Shown here one piece after another: positions 1-8,900 of a stretch of 64,000 nucleotides of DNA (the stretch's first letter is position 1; each line of letters starts with the position of its first letter). Made by a program: the position numbers and the translations under genes. Source of the stretch: Candidatus Multivorans azotirespirans (lineage in GTDB: Bacteria; Acidobacteriota; Thermoanaerobaculia; Multivoradales; Multivoraceae); contig JAPVXD010000198.1 of the NCBI GenBank assembly GCA_027493095.1, positions 30,253 through 94,252 of the forward strand. Direction: 5' to 3'. A model generated the notes under the pieces. It was not told the origin of the DNA, ran no database searches, and saw only the letters and a program-made list of their open reading frames with translations.

Positions 1-684
1 GTGGGTTTCCAGGACGTAGGCGGCCATCACTCCGGTCGTGTCGTCACGCGTGATGTAGGCGGCGGAGTAGTTGCGCAGGTTGAGGCGGCCCGTCGCTTCC
101 CGCTCCAGTTCCTGCCACAGGCCGGGGGTGCTGCCCTCGCGCATCGGCAGCAGGCGGTCGCTGTTGGGGTCCAGGGAGTAGACCTCCGGCACGAGCCAGT
201 CCACCGGCGCGCCGACCGTCACTGGCCAGGAGATCGCCGCGGTCCGCCGGCCGGCCCCGCGCACGGCGTCCCAGAGCGTGGGGACCTGGATTCCCGATTC
301 GTGCCAGTACCACTCTCCACTCTGGCCCTCGGGTTCGAAGGGCCGGTTGTAGTAGATCCCGTGCCGGGCGGGCAACGCGCCAGTGACGATCGTCGTGTGT
401 GACGGGTAGGTGACCGTAGGAAACACCCCGCGCACGCCCTCGGCGTGTGCGCCGTCGCGCGCCATCTGCTGCATGTTCGGCGCCGGCCAGGAGGAGCCGG
501 GGAGGTAGAAGTCCGGCCGGAGGCCGTCGACAGAGACGAGTACGACGTGATCGGCCCGCGGCTCCGCCTGTGCCGCCAGCGGACTGCTGGCCAGCAAGAG
601 GGAGCAGAGGACGGCGCCGGCGACGGCGGGGAGACCCGGCAGCCCGCGCCGCAGACTGCCGCCCGCGGATGCCGGTCCCACCAC
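1..684 (-). CDS. Type I phosphodiesterase / nucleotide pyrophosphatase (ENPP/alkaline-phosphatase superfamily), N-terminal part; 3' end lies beyond the window start
   Basis: Minus-strand translation begins VVGPASAGGSLRRGLPGLPAVAGAVLCSLLLASSPLAAQA, a signal peptide. It continues VLVSVDGLRPDFY...FPTVTYPSHTTIVTGALPARHGI, the classic ENPP/AP metal-site motifs. GTG start at 684 (or 681) follows AGGAG immediately after the upstream gene's TAG. The ORF is open to position 1. Confidence 0.7.
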   Translation of the reverse strand, partial: MVGPASAGGSLRRGLPGLPAVAGAVLCSLLLASSPLAAQAEPRADHVVLVSVDGLRPDFYLPGSSWPAPNMQQMARDGAHAEGVRGVFPTVTYPSHTTIVTGALPARHGIYYNRPFEPEGQSGEWYWHESGIQVPTLWDAVRGAGRRTAAISWPVTVGAPVDWLVPEVYSLDPNSDRLLPMREGSTPGLWQELEREATGRLNLRNYSAAYITRDDTTGVMAAYVLETH

Positions 685-690
685 GGGCTC

Positions 691-1518
691 CTAGACGGCA
701 GCCGCGAGCCGGCCGTCGTAGATGCTCTGCCGCATGTCTTCCAGCTTGTCGAGGTAGAGCTGCCTGTACTCGTCGTAGTCGAGGTCGAACGGGGCCTGAC
801 CGCGCTCGAAGCCGGCGAAGGTCTGGTTCGGGCCGTCTTCCGCGAACGGCCGCATCGCCTCGACTTGCGCCTCGAACTGGTCGACCAGGTGCGGATGCTC
901 GGCGAGCAGGCGCTGCAGGACGTACACGCCGAAACCGATGTGGCGGGCCTCGTCGCGCTGGATCAGGCGAATCCCGCGGTTGAGCGCGGGCAACTTGCCC
1001 GTGCGCTCGAAGATCTTGTAGTAGATCGGGTAGCTGGCTTCGGCGCCCACGCCCTCGACGTAGAAGTGGTACAGCATGATGGCGTTCAGCAGCGCCTCGG
1101 GGCTGTCGTCCTCGAACAGCGCGCGCATCGTCGCCGGCAGCCGCGTCGAGAACATGTCGCCATGGAGGTTGGGGTAGGGGATGTCGACCCCGAACCGGCC
1201 CGGCAGCGCCTCGATCAACCAGGTCTCGAAGAACTGGACATGGCGGGCCTCCTCGTACATCTGCGCGGTGACGTACATCTCGTCTTCCAGGCGGCCGTCC
1301 TGGCGGAAGCGGAACTGGAGCGGCGCGAGTTCATGGGTCACGCCGCGCTCGCCGACCCTGAAGCCGGAGATCAGGCGGATCAGCAGATTCCGCTCGTCGT
1401 CCGAGAAGGACATCCAGTCGGACCGCTCCTGCGAGAAGTCGATGTCGGCGGGGTTCCAGGAACGCTCGTGGGAAGCGGTGAAGAGTCGTATTGGCAGCGA
1501 CGAACTGTCGAACGGCAT
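691..1518 (-). CDS. Ferritin-fold di-metal carboxylate protein, ribonucleotide-reductase-R2-like (R2-like ligand-binding oxidase family)
   Basis: 275-aa ORF with two E-x-x-H motifs (EEARHVQFF, RDEARHIGF) plus conserved Glu residues, spaced as in RNR R2/R2lox. ATG is preceded by AAGGAGG 7 nt upstream. Stop is 6 nt before the ENPP start. Confidence 0.55.
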   Translation of the reverse strand: MPFDSSSLPIRLFTASHERSWNPADIDFSQERSDWMSFSDDERNLLIRLISGFRVGERGVTHELAPLQFRFRQDGRLEDEMYVTAQMYEEARHVQFFETWLIEALPGRFGVDIPYPNLHGDMFSTRLPATMRALFEDDSPEALLNAIMLYHFYVEGVGAEASYPIYYKIFERTGKLPALNRGIRLIQRDEARHIGFGVYVLQRLLAEHPHLVDQFEAQVEAMRPFAEDGPNQTFAGFERGQAPFDLDYDEYRQLYLDKLEDMRQSIYDGRLAAAV

Positions 1519-1570
1519 GGCGAACCTCCTTGACGAGTCGATTGTAGCCGGACCGACCGCGCCGGAGCCG

Positions 1571-2797
1571 TCAGTGTCGGCGGAACGCGCGGATCAGAAG
1601 CACCATGGCGACGGCCATGAGCAGCGAGCCGGCCAGGAGTGGGGCGCCTGGCAACTCGAACGGAGCGGCGTCGGATGTGAAGTAGCTGAACACGCCGCTG
1701 GTGAAGACGAGCGGCGCCGCGATCGCGGAAAGGCTCATCAGCGACGTGAGCGCCCCCTGGATCTTCCCCTGCTCGGTGGGCGCCACCGTGCCGGCGATGA
1801 TCGCCTGGACTGCCGGGCCTGCGATGCCCCCCAGCGATCCGACGAAGATCACCGTGACGAGGATCGGGCCGTTCGGCGCGAGGCCGTAGCCGGCGAAGGC
1901 CAGCGTTCCGATGCCGAAGCCCACCAGCACGGCCCGGCGCTCGCCCAGCCAGGTGACCGCGGGTCGCACCAGGAAGCCCTGGACCAGGGCCGCCGCAACG
2001 CCGACGGCCGCCAGCGCGAGACCGTTCTGGAACTCGTTCCAGCCGTAGCGGTAGCTGGTGTAGAGCACCCAGGACGTCTCCAGGCCGCGTTGTGCGAGCG
2101 CCAGCAGCAGGAAGGCGACCGCCAGGCTGGCGACCAGGGGGTAGGTGCGGAGGTGCACGATGCTCGATACCGGATTCGCCTTGCGGAGTGAGAGGGCGCT
2201 CCGGTTCTCCGGCGCCAGGGACTCGGGCAGCACGAGAAAGCCGTAGAGCGAGTTCAGGAGGCACAGGCCGGCCGCGACGAAGAAGGGCAGCCGCAGGTCG
2301 ATGCCGCCGAGCAGGCCGCCGAAGACCGGTCCCAGTATGAAACCGACGCCGAAGGCGACGTTGACCAGCCCGTAGTTCCGGGCCCGGGTTTCCGGCGTCG
2401 AGATGTCGGCGATGTAGGCGTTCGCCGTCGTGATGCTGGCGCCCATCACGCCGGCGACGATCCGGCCCGCGAACAACCAGCCGAGCGATGGCGCGAAGCC
2501 CATGATCACGTAGTCGACGCCCAGGCCGAACATGGAAAGCAGGAGGATGCGGCGGCGGCCGAAGCGATCGGAAAGCGCGCCGAGGATTGGCGCGCAGACG
2601 AACTGCGCCACGGCGTAGCAGGCGGCTATCGCGCCCACCGCCACGGCGGCGGACGATGTGTCGCCGCCCCTGAACTGCTCGACGAGTTCGGGGAAGACGG
2701 GAATGATCAGGCCGACGCCCAGCATGTCGAGCAGGATCACGGCGAAGATGAAGCCGACGCCGGCCTGGCGGCGGGGAGGTGCGTCTGGTTGAGGCAT
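1571..2797 (-). CDS. MFS transporter (DHA1/tetracycline-resistance-like)
   Basis: 12-TM hydrophobic profile and MFS signature GALSDRFGRRRILL. The true start is probably the internal ATG (MPQPDAPPRRQAGVGFIFAV...) at 2797 rather than the far-upstream ATG of the track ORF. Confidence 0.8.
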   Translation of the reverse strand: MPQPDAPPRRQAGVGFIFAVILLDMLGVGLIIPVFPELVEQFRGGDTSSAAVAVGAIAACYAVAQFVCAPILGALSDRFGRRRILLLSMFGLGVDYVIMGFAPSLGWLFAGRIVAGVMGASITTANAYIADISTPETRARNYGLVNVAFGVGFILGPVFGGLLGGIDLRLPFFVAAGLCLLNSLYGFLVLPESLAPENRSALSLRKANPVSSIVHLRTYPLVASLAVAFLLLALAQRGLETSWVLYTSYRYGWNEFQNGLALAAVGVAAALVQGFLVRPAVTWLGERRAVLVGFGIGTLAFAGYGLAPNGPILVTVIFVGSLGGIAGPAVQAIIAGTVAPTEQGKIQGALTSLMSLSAIAAPLVFTSGVFSYFTSDAAPFELPGAPLLAGSLLMAVAMVLLIRAFRRH

Positions 2798-2848
2798 GGT
2801 CAGGGCGTCGGGAGAGTAGTACGGCTGGCAGGCGTTAGAGTTGACGCC

Positions 2849-3325
2849 ATGAGTCACATGGTCGGAGTATCCCGGTCGAGTCGGCGGCACGCCTTGATGG
2901 CAATGGCCCTGGTTGGAACGCTCGCGGCCTGCGGTCCGTCGGAGGGCCCGCCGCCGGAGCCTCGGCCGGACGTGGACACGTTGCGCGCGTCCTTCATCGC
3001 GCAGATCGAGTCGATCGACCTCGTGGCGGGCCTCGAGACCGACGGCGACGAGGTTCGCTTCGTTCGTCCCGACGGCTCGGGCGAGGACGTCGAGTGGCGC
3101 GTGCGGATCGACTCGCTTGAGGTGGAGTCCGGGGAAGGCGAGGGGGCGCAGGTGCTAGGTCGCGTACGGTCGGCCTGGAGTGCCGACGGCCGCCCGATCA
3201 CGGTCCAGCAGGGCCCTGCGGGGCTTGTGACCGACATGCCTCACTGGCTCCTCGACGCCGGTCTGGCGCCCGCTGAATGCTGGGCGTTGTGGGACGAAGA
3301 AGCGAAGGCGTGGGGCTGGACGTGA
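2849..3325 (+). CDS. Hypothetical lipoprotein
   Basis: N-terminus MSHMVGVSRSSRRHALMAMALVGTLAACG has a positively charged n-region, a hydrophobic core and a LAAC lipobox. No recognisable domain. Confidence 0.4.
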   Translation: MSHMVGVSRSSRRHALMAMALVGTLAACGPSEGPPPEPRPDVDTLRASFIAQIESIDLVAGLETDGDEVRFVRPDGSGEDVEWRVRIDSLEVESGEGEGAQVLGRVRSAWSADGRPITVQQGPAGLVTDMPHWLLDAGLAPAECWALWDEEAKAWGWT

Positions 3326-3408
3326 CGCGGACCGCTGTTGATCCGCGGCTATGATCGAAGGACGCTGCTTTGCATTCCTGGGTTCACCCGCTCTTGGGAG
3401 GTAGTCGG

Positions 3409-4488
3409 ATGAGGAAGAACGAACAGTCGAGAGCCGTGGTGACGATTGGCGCGATGGCCCTGTTGCTCGGGCTCGCCGCCGCCGGCGCGGTCTTGGCGGC
3501 CAACAACAACGCCAAGGACGCGGACTGGGCAATCCCCCGCACCGCTTACGGCCACCCGGACCTCCAGGGCGTGTGGGAGAACAACAACGGCACTCCTCTG
3601 CAGCGCCCCGCCGCCTGGGCGGGCAAGGAGCGTCTGACGGACGAGGAGTTCCAGGAACTGATGGCCGCGGTCGCCGAGGCGACGAACCCCGGCGCGGACG
3701 CCCTGTTCGGCGACCAGCTCGTCCTGGCGGCGATCGAGCGGACGAAGGCGACGTCCTACGACCCGACGACCGGCAACTACAACCAGTTCTGGATCGCTGA
3801 CCGGTACTTCACGAAGCGCACTTCGCTCGTCGTCGACCCGCCCGACGGTCTGGTCCCGCCCCTTACCGAACCGGCGAAGAAGCGCCTCTGCAAGCGGGTG
3901 AAGCACCTGATGGAGCATCCGGCCGACTCCTGGCTCGACCGGCCGATCGCCGAGCGCTGCATCAGCTACGGCGCCCCGTTCATCTTCCCCGGCTACAACA
4001 GCTACCACCAGATCTTCCAGAGCGAGGACCACGTCGTCATTCACCAGGAGATGATCCACGACGCGCGCGTCATTCGGCTGGACGACGAGTCCGCGCTCGA
4101 CGACGACGTGAGGCTCTGGAACGGCGACTCCCGCGGCCACTGGGACGGCGACACCCTGGTCATCGAGACGTCGAACTACTCGAAGAAGAACGACTTCATG
4201 GGCTCCTCGGAGCAGCTGAAGATCACCGAGCGGTTCACGCTGACGGACCCGGAAACCCTGGAGTGGGAGATCACGGTGAACGACCCGGGGACGTGGACAC
4301 AGCCCTGGACGGCGTCGATTCCCCTCAAGCGGACAGAGGACGCGATCTACGAGTACGCCTGTCACGAGGGCAACTACGGGATGGAGGGCATGCTCGCCGG
4401 CGCCCGCGCCGAAGAGGCGGCCAACAAGCCGAAGCAGCTCGATCCGGGCGTCGTGTTTCGGTATCCGGGACTGACCTGCGACTTCTAG
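3409..4488 (+). CDS. Secreted hypothetical protein (conserved, signal peptide)
   Basis: GGAGG lies 7 nt before the ATG at 3409. Signal peptide MRKNEQSRAVVTIGAMALLLGLAAAGAVLAA. The translation is globular with no known catalytic motif. Confidence 0.5.
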   Translation: MRKNEQSRAVVTIGAMALLLGLAAAGAVLAANNNAKDADWAIPRTAYGHPDLQGVWENNNGTPLQRPAAWAGKERLTDEEFQELMAAVAEATNPGADALFGDQLVLAAIERTKATSYDPTTGNYNQFWIADRYFTKRTSLVVDPPDGLVPPLTEPAKKRLCKRVKHLMEHPADSWLDRPIAERCISYGAPFIFPGYNSYHQIFQSEDHVVIHQEMIHDARVIRLDDESALDDDVRLWNGDSRGHWDGDTLVIETSNYSKKNDFMGSSEQLKITERFTLTDPETLEWEITVNDPGTWTQPWTASIPLKRTEDAIYEYACHEGNYGMEGMLAGARAEEAANKPKQLDPGVVFRYPGLTCDF

Positions 4489-4502
4489 GATAGGGCGCGA
4501 CT

Positions 4503-4892
4503 TCAGCGAATCGGGCGAATCTCGACCCCAGGCAGGTTCAGCTTCAGCCAGGCCCGGTCAGCCGTGAGCGCAGGAAGACCGTGCGCGGTTGCCGTGGCGA
4601 GACACGCTCGGTCACCGAGCCCCAGGCCTGCCGCGGCTGTTGCAGGGCGAAGCGCCCCGCTGCGGAGTGCCATGTCAGAGTCGAAGGGCAGGATGTCGAC
4701 TCCGAGCGTGGCGAGAGAGTAGGCCACGGCGGGCTGTGACCATCCCTCATGGGTGAGTCGTGCAGCGACCTCTTCCACGTTGACAGCGGACATCGCTGCG
4801 CCGTCGGATAGGGCGCTGAACACCACCTCCGCCCCTGGTTCGCTCTGGATCAGCGCCAGCAGCGCCGACGCGTCCAGAAGAGAGCTAGCCAC
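4503..4892 (-). CDS. vapC: Type II toxin VapC (PIN domain)
   Basis: The track ORF is trimmed to a GTG start that overlaps the antitoxin stop by 8 nt. PIN-like N-terminus ASSLLDASALLALIQSEPGAE. Confidence 0.65.
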   Translation of the reverse strand: MASSLLDASALLALIQSEPGAEVVFSALSDGAAMSAVNVEEVAARLTHEGWSQPAVAYSLATLGVDILPFDSDMALRSGALRPATAAAGLGLGDRACLATATAHGLPALTADRAWLKLNLPGVEIRPIR

Positions 4893-5178
4893 CGAACTCC
4901 TTCCGAGCCTCAGCCCGGCGCTCGGCGATGAAGGCATCAACCTCGCCGCCCTTGCCGCCGCCGTACTTCCTGGCCAGGGCCTGGACCTTTGCCACAGCGG
5001 CGTCCAGCGCAGCCTCCGCCGTGGTCATCTTGATCGAGTCGCCCTCGAGTGTCAGGACCACCTCCTGGCGTGGCTGGAATCGTAGTGCGGCACGGAAGGG
5101 TGCTGGTACCACGAGCCGGCCGGCTGCGTCCACGACGGTTGATACGGACTCGACGGTTGGTTCCGCGTGTTGTGCCAT
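4885..5178 (-). CDS. vapB: Type II antitoxin, AbrB/MazE/SpoVT-fold (VapB)
   Basis: 97-aa protein with the swapped-hairpin motif VVDAAGRLVVPAPFRAALRF. It sits immediately upstream of and overlaps the PIN gene. Confidence 0.65.
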   Translation of the reverse strand: MAQHAEPTVESVSTVVDAAGRLVVPAPFRAALRFQPRQEVVLTLEGDSIKMTTAEAALDAAVAKVQALARKYGGGKGGEVDAFIAERRAEARKEFGG

Positions 5179-5190
5179 AGGGCACGCACT

Positions 5191-5216
5191 CTACCATGAA
5201 GACAAGAGCATGGTAG
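5191..5216. promoter_or_regulatory. Perfect inverted repeat CTACCATG-N10-CATGGTAG just upstream of the vapB start; candidate antitoxin operator
   Basis: Seen directly in sequence 13 nt upstream of the vapB ATG. Type II TA operons are typically autoregulated through such palindromes. Confidence 0.5.
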
Positions 5217-5270
5217 TCCGTGTCTTCCTTCCACGAGCGTCCGGCACGGACGAACGGCCGCCAGGCAAGT

Positions 5271-5948
5271 TCAGCCGCTGAGCATCTTCTCCCTGCGCTC
5301 GGCGCGGGTGAACGTGAGGGCGACGATCGCCGCGATCGCGAGGGCGGTGCCGATGCGATTCTGAACGTTCAGCGCGAGCATCTGCGCCGCGTCCGCCTCT
5401 TCCACGGCGAGCGGGTTCCAGAACGGTGAGACGCGGAACGAACCGAACAGCCGGTTGAGGCCGAGGACGCCGATCGTGGCGAGGGAGCCGGCCACGTCGC
5501 TGCGGAACAGGGTCGCGAAGCCCATGGCGGCAACGAGGTAGAAGACGACTCCCTGCGTCGCGCCGTACAGGCCCTGGAGAATCGGGAATTCCGTGAAGAA
5601 GGCATAAGTCACGCCGGCGAGGAGGACCAGGCTGACCAGGAGCATCAGGATCGCGGCGGCGAGCTTGCCGAGCCAGACCCGATGGGCGCCTCCGGGAACG
5701 GTGTAGGCAATCTCGAGGCTGTGCTGATCGAGTTCGCCTGTGATGATCCGGCCGCCCAGGAAGATCGCGAGCACGGCTACCGGTACGCCGATCAGGCTGT
5801 TCTGCGCCGCCGCCGGCTCCAGGGCAGGTCGCATGCCGGCTACCAGCATGAGGGCCTGTACTACGAGCCACACCAGCGGCAGCAAGGGCAGCAGCCAGTA
5901 CCGGCGTCCGCCAAGCAACACCGCCGAGGTGCGAAGCAGCGTGATCAT
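5271..5948 (-). CDS. Polytopic membrane protein, probable ABC-2-type permease partner of the upstream nucleotide-binding domain
   Basis: 225 aa with ~6 predicted TM helices. Its ATG overlaps the stop of the RND-ABC fusion ORF (ATGA), implying translational coupling. Confidence 0.55.
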   Translation of the reverse strand: MITLLRTSAVLLGGRRYWLLPLLPLVWLVVQALMLVAGMRPALEPAAAQNSLIGVPVAVLAIFLGGRIITGELDQHSLEIAYTVPGGAHRVWLGKLAAAILMLLVSLVLLAGVTYAFFTEFPILQGLYGATQGVVFYLVAAMGFATLFRSDVAGSLATIGVLGLNRLFGSFRVSPFWNPLAVEEADAAQMLALNVQNRIGTALAIAAIVALTFTRAERREKMLSG

Positions 5949-8900
5949 GCCGGCGCCTCAGTACGCACCGCGCGCGCGAGCCACAGGTAACCGTCCTCCA
6001 GCGTAGGCTCGGCGGGGGCGGCCCGCTCGTCCGGGCGGCCGGCGGCGAGTACGCGAAGGCTGCTCGTGCCGTCCGGTTCGGGCTTCTGGTCTGCCAGCAC
6101 GGCGCCCTCGGGCAGCTCGGGCACTTCTTCTTCGCCCGCCGTCCGCCACGACCACACTCTGCCCTCGGCTTCGCGCGACAACGCGGCCGGGTGGCCGTCG
6201 AAGACCATTCGACCGCGGCTCAACACAAGGACGCGATCGCACGCTACCGCCACGTCTTCGACGACGTGGGTCGAGAAGAGCACGATCCGGTCCTTCGCGA
6301 GCCGTGAGAGCAGGTTACGGAAGCGGACCCGCTCGCGGGGGTCGAGGCCGACGGTCGGTTCGTCGACGACGATGATCGGAGGCAACCGGAGCAGCGTGCG
6401 CGCCACCGCAACGCGCTGTCGCATTCCACCCGAGTAGCCGCCGATCTGCTCGTCGGCGCGCTCGTCGAGCCCGACCTCACGCAGCAGCGTCGAAATGCGT
6501 TCGGCCCGTTCCGACGTGTCGATCTGGTAGAGGGCGGCGTAGTACTCGAGGTACTGGCGGGCGGTCAGCCGGGGCGGCAGGCCGGCGTCCTGGGGCAGGT
6601 AGCCGACGTAGCGCGCGAGGCGCGTTCGGACGCTGAGCAACGGAACGCCGCCGAGCGTGATCCGGCCCCGCGTCGAGTCGAGGATTCCAGTCAACTGCCT
6701 GAGCAGCGTCGTCTTGCCGGCGCCGTTCGGGCCGAGCACTCCGACCATGCCGCGTTCGGCCTCGAAGCTCACCGCGGCCAGGGCCTTGACGGTGTCGATC
6801 GGCAGGTCCAGACCGAACACCTTCGTTGCCGCGGCGCGCCAGAGGCGAAGGAGCTGACCACGCCAGCCCCTTGCGCGTCGTCGCCGGGAGGTCCGCTGTT
6901 CCCGGCGCATCGTCTCGAGCCGCGCCGTGCGGCGTCCGAGCTGAACCAGCAGAATGACCGTGGAGACGATGGCCAGCGCGATGAACCCTGCGACTTCAGG
7001 ATCGGCGACCATCTCCGGAACGACCAGCCAGGCGAGAAGCGCCCAGGACAGCAGGGCCGTCAGCACGCCCTCGACGCCGCCCGGTTTCACGCGCCCGAGC
7101 TCGTCGGCGTGGCCCCGGGCGCGTCGGATCTCACGCAGCAGCCGGGAACCGATCAGCAGGATGGCGATCAGGACTCCGAGGATGATCAGGCCGCCGGTCA
7201 TCCGCGCCGCCAGGGCGACGGCGCCGGCGAACAGGAGCAGGAGAGGCAGCAGCCGGTCACGGGCGTCGGCCGGCTCAAAGGCCCGGCCGCCCTGGGCGGC
7301 GACCCGCCTGGCGAAGTCGGCGGTAGCCCGCAGCGCCCGGCGCACCGGGCCGGGGAGGCCGTACGTCTTGCGCAGGTGGCGGACGACGAGCTTTGGTGGG
7401 CCGGCGGCCGTTTCCGGCTCGGGCGACGGCGGCTTCGGCAGCAGCCACACGGTGAGGCCGAGCAGCGCTCCGGCGATCAGCACCGTGGTCGTGATCTGCC
7501 AGAACATCGACTCGATCACGCCGAACGCGAACAGAGGCGCGGTCGTCGCGATGACGGCGCCGAGCCAGGTCAGCACGACCCAGGGGCCGACGCGGCTGAA
7601 CAGTTCGTCGAGGCGTCGCAGGAAGACGAAGCCGACCGGGATGACGAGCAACGTCAGCAGGGTCGCGGTCAGCAGGCCACCGATCACGAGCGTCGCAAAG
7701 GGCGGCCAGATCTCGTTCTCGCGCCCGGTCGCGATGGACAGGGGCGCCAGCGCCGCGACCGTCGTGGCGGACGTCATCAGGACCGGGCGCGCTCGCTCGC
7801 GGACGGCGGCGAGGGCGGCCGCGCCGGCGCTCCAGCCGGCGCCCAGCGTGTGCTGCTGCATTCGGTCGACGAGCAGGACGGCCGGGTTGATCGCCAACCC
7901 GAGCAGAACCAGTGCTCCGAGCAGAGCCATCGCCTCGAAGCCGATGCCGGTCAGGACCAGGGCCCAGACCGAGCCGAGCAGCGCGAGGGGAAGGGCGATC
8001 AGGACGAGGATTGGCAGCGTCATCGACTCGAACGTCACCGCCAGGACGAGGAAGACCAGAAGAACGACCGGCACCACGATGCGCCGGAACCAGTTCGTGC
8101 TCTCCCCGGAGCGGTCGAGCGCGATGGTCGTGCCCGCGGGCCGGTGGATGCTGGCGATCGCCTCGTCCAGGCTCCGGTCGAAGGCGTCGCGCGCCGGGCC
8201 CCGCCGCGGCACGTCCGGCGACAGGGTGTAGAAGACCTCCCGTTCGCGGACGCCGTTGTGGTGGGTGATGACCGGGGAAGGCGGCGCCTGCCGCACCTGC
8301 GCCAGGGCGGCGACCGGCAGGACTCCGGCCCCGGTCGAGACGCGGAGCCGCTGCAGCCCGCTGAGCGACACGTCGCGGTCGAGGCTGCTGTCGTTCGGGG
8401 GCTCGGCCTCGTCGCGCCGCTCCTCCGACCGTTGGACGACGATCGGCAACTCCCGCCCGCTGTCAAGCGGATAGCCGGTGTTGATCCTGGTCCCTTCGCG
8501 TCCGGCCAGATTCAGCATCGGCAGTACCTCGTCCAGGAGCACGCCGAACGTGTCGAAGGCGCGCCGGTTCGGACTCACGTGGAGTTCGTCGGGCCCTGGG
8601 CGTACCGCCGGATAGGCGCCTGCGATGCCCTCGATCTCCCGTAAACGCTCGGTGACCTGGGCCGCGAGGTCCGTCAACTGTTCGTTGTCGTTGCCGGAAA
8701 GGACGACCCGGGATGGGCCGCCGCCGAGCAGTTCCTGGGCGCCGCCGCCTCTGCCGCCTCCGCCGCCTCCACGTCCTCCCGGGCCTTCGCCCTCGCCCGG
8801 ATTGAGGAGTTCGGCGCCGGCGCGCCGGGCCGGGGGACGCAGCAGCTGCCGTACGCGTCTGGCCGTCAGCCCCTCAGGTCGCTCGTCTTCCTCCACCAGG

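Noticed and set aside
7109-8644. Large plus-strand ORFs (6954..8231, 7109..8644, 8900..10891, 12093..13406, 13608..15287, 15422..18088 and similar) antisense to the RND/ABC genes
   Set aside because: Their translations are dominated by Arg/Gly/Asp/Glu/Pro low-complexity runs with no motifs. They mirror strong, motif-rich minus-strand genes and are GC-skewed antisense shadows.
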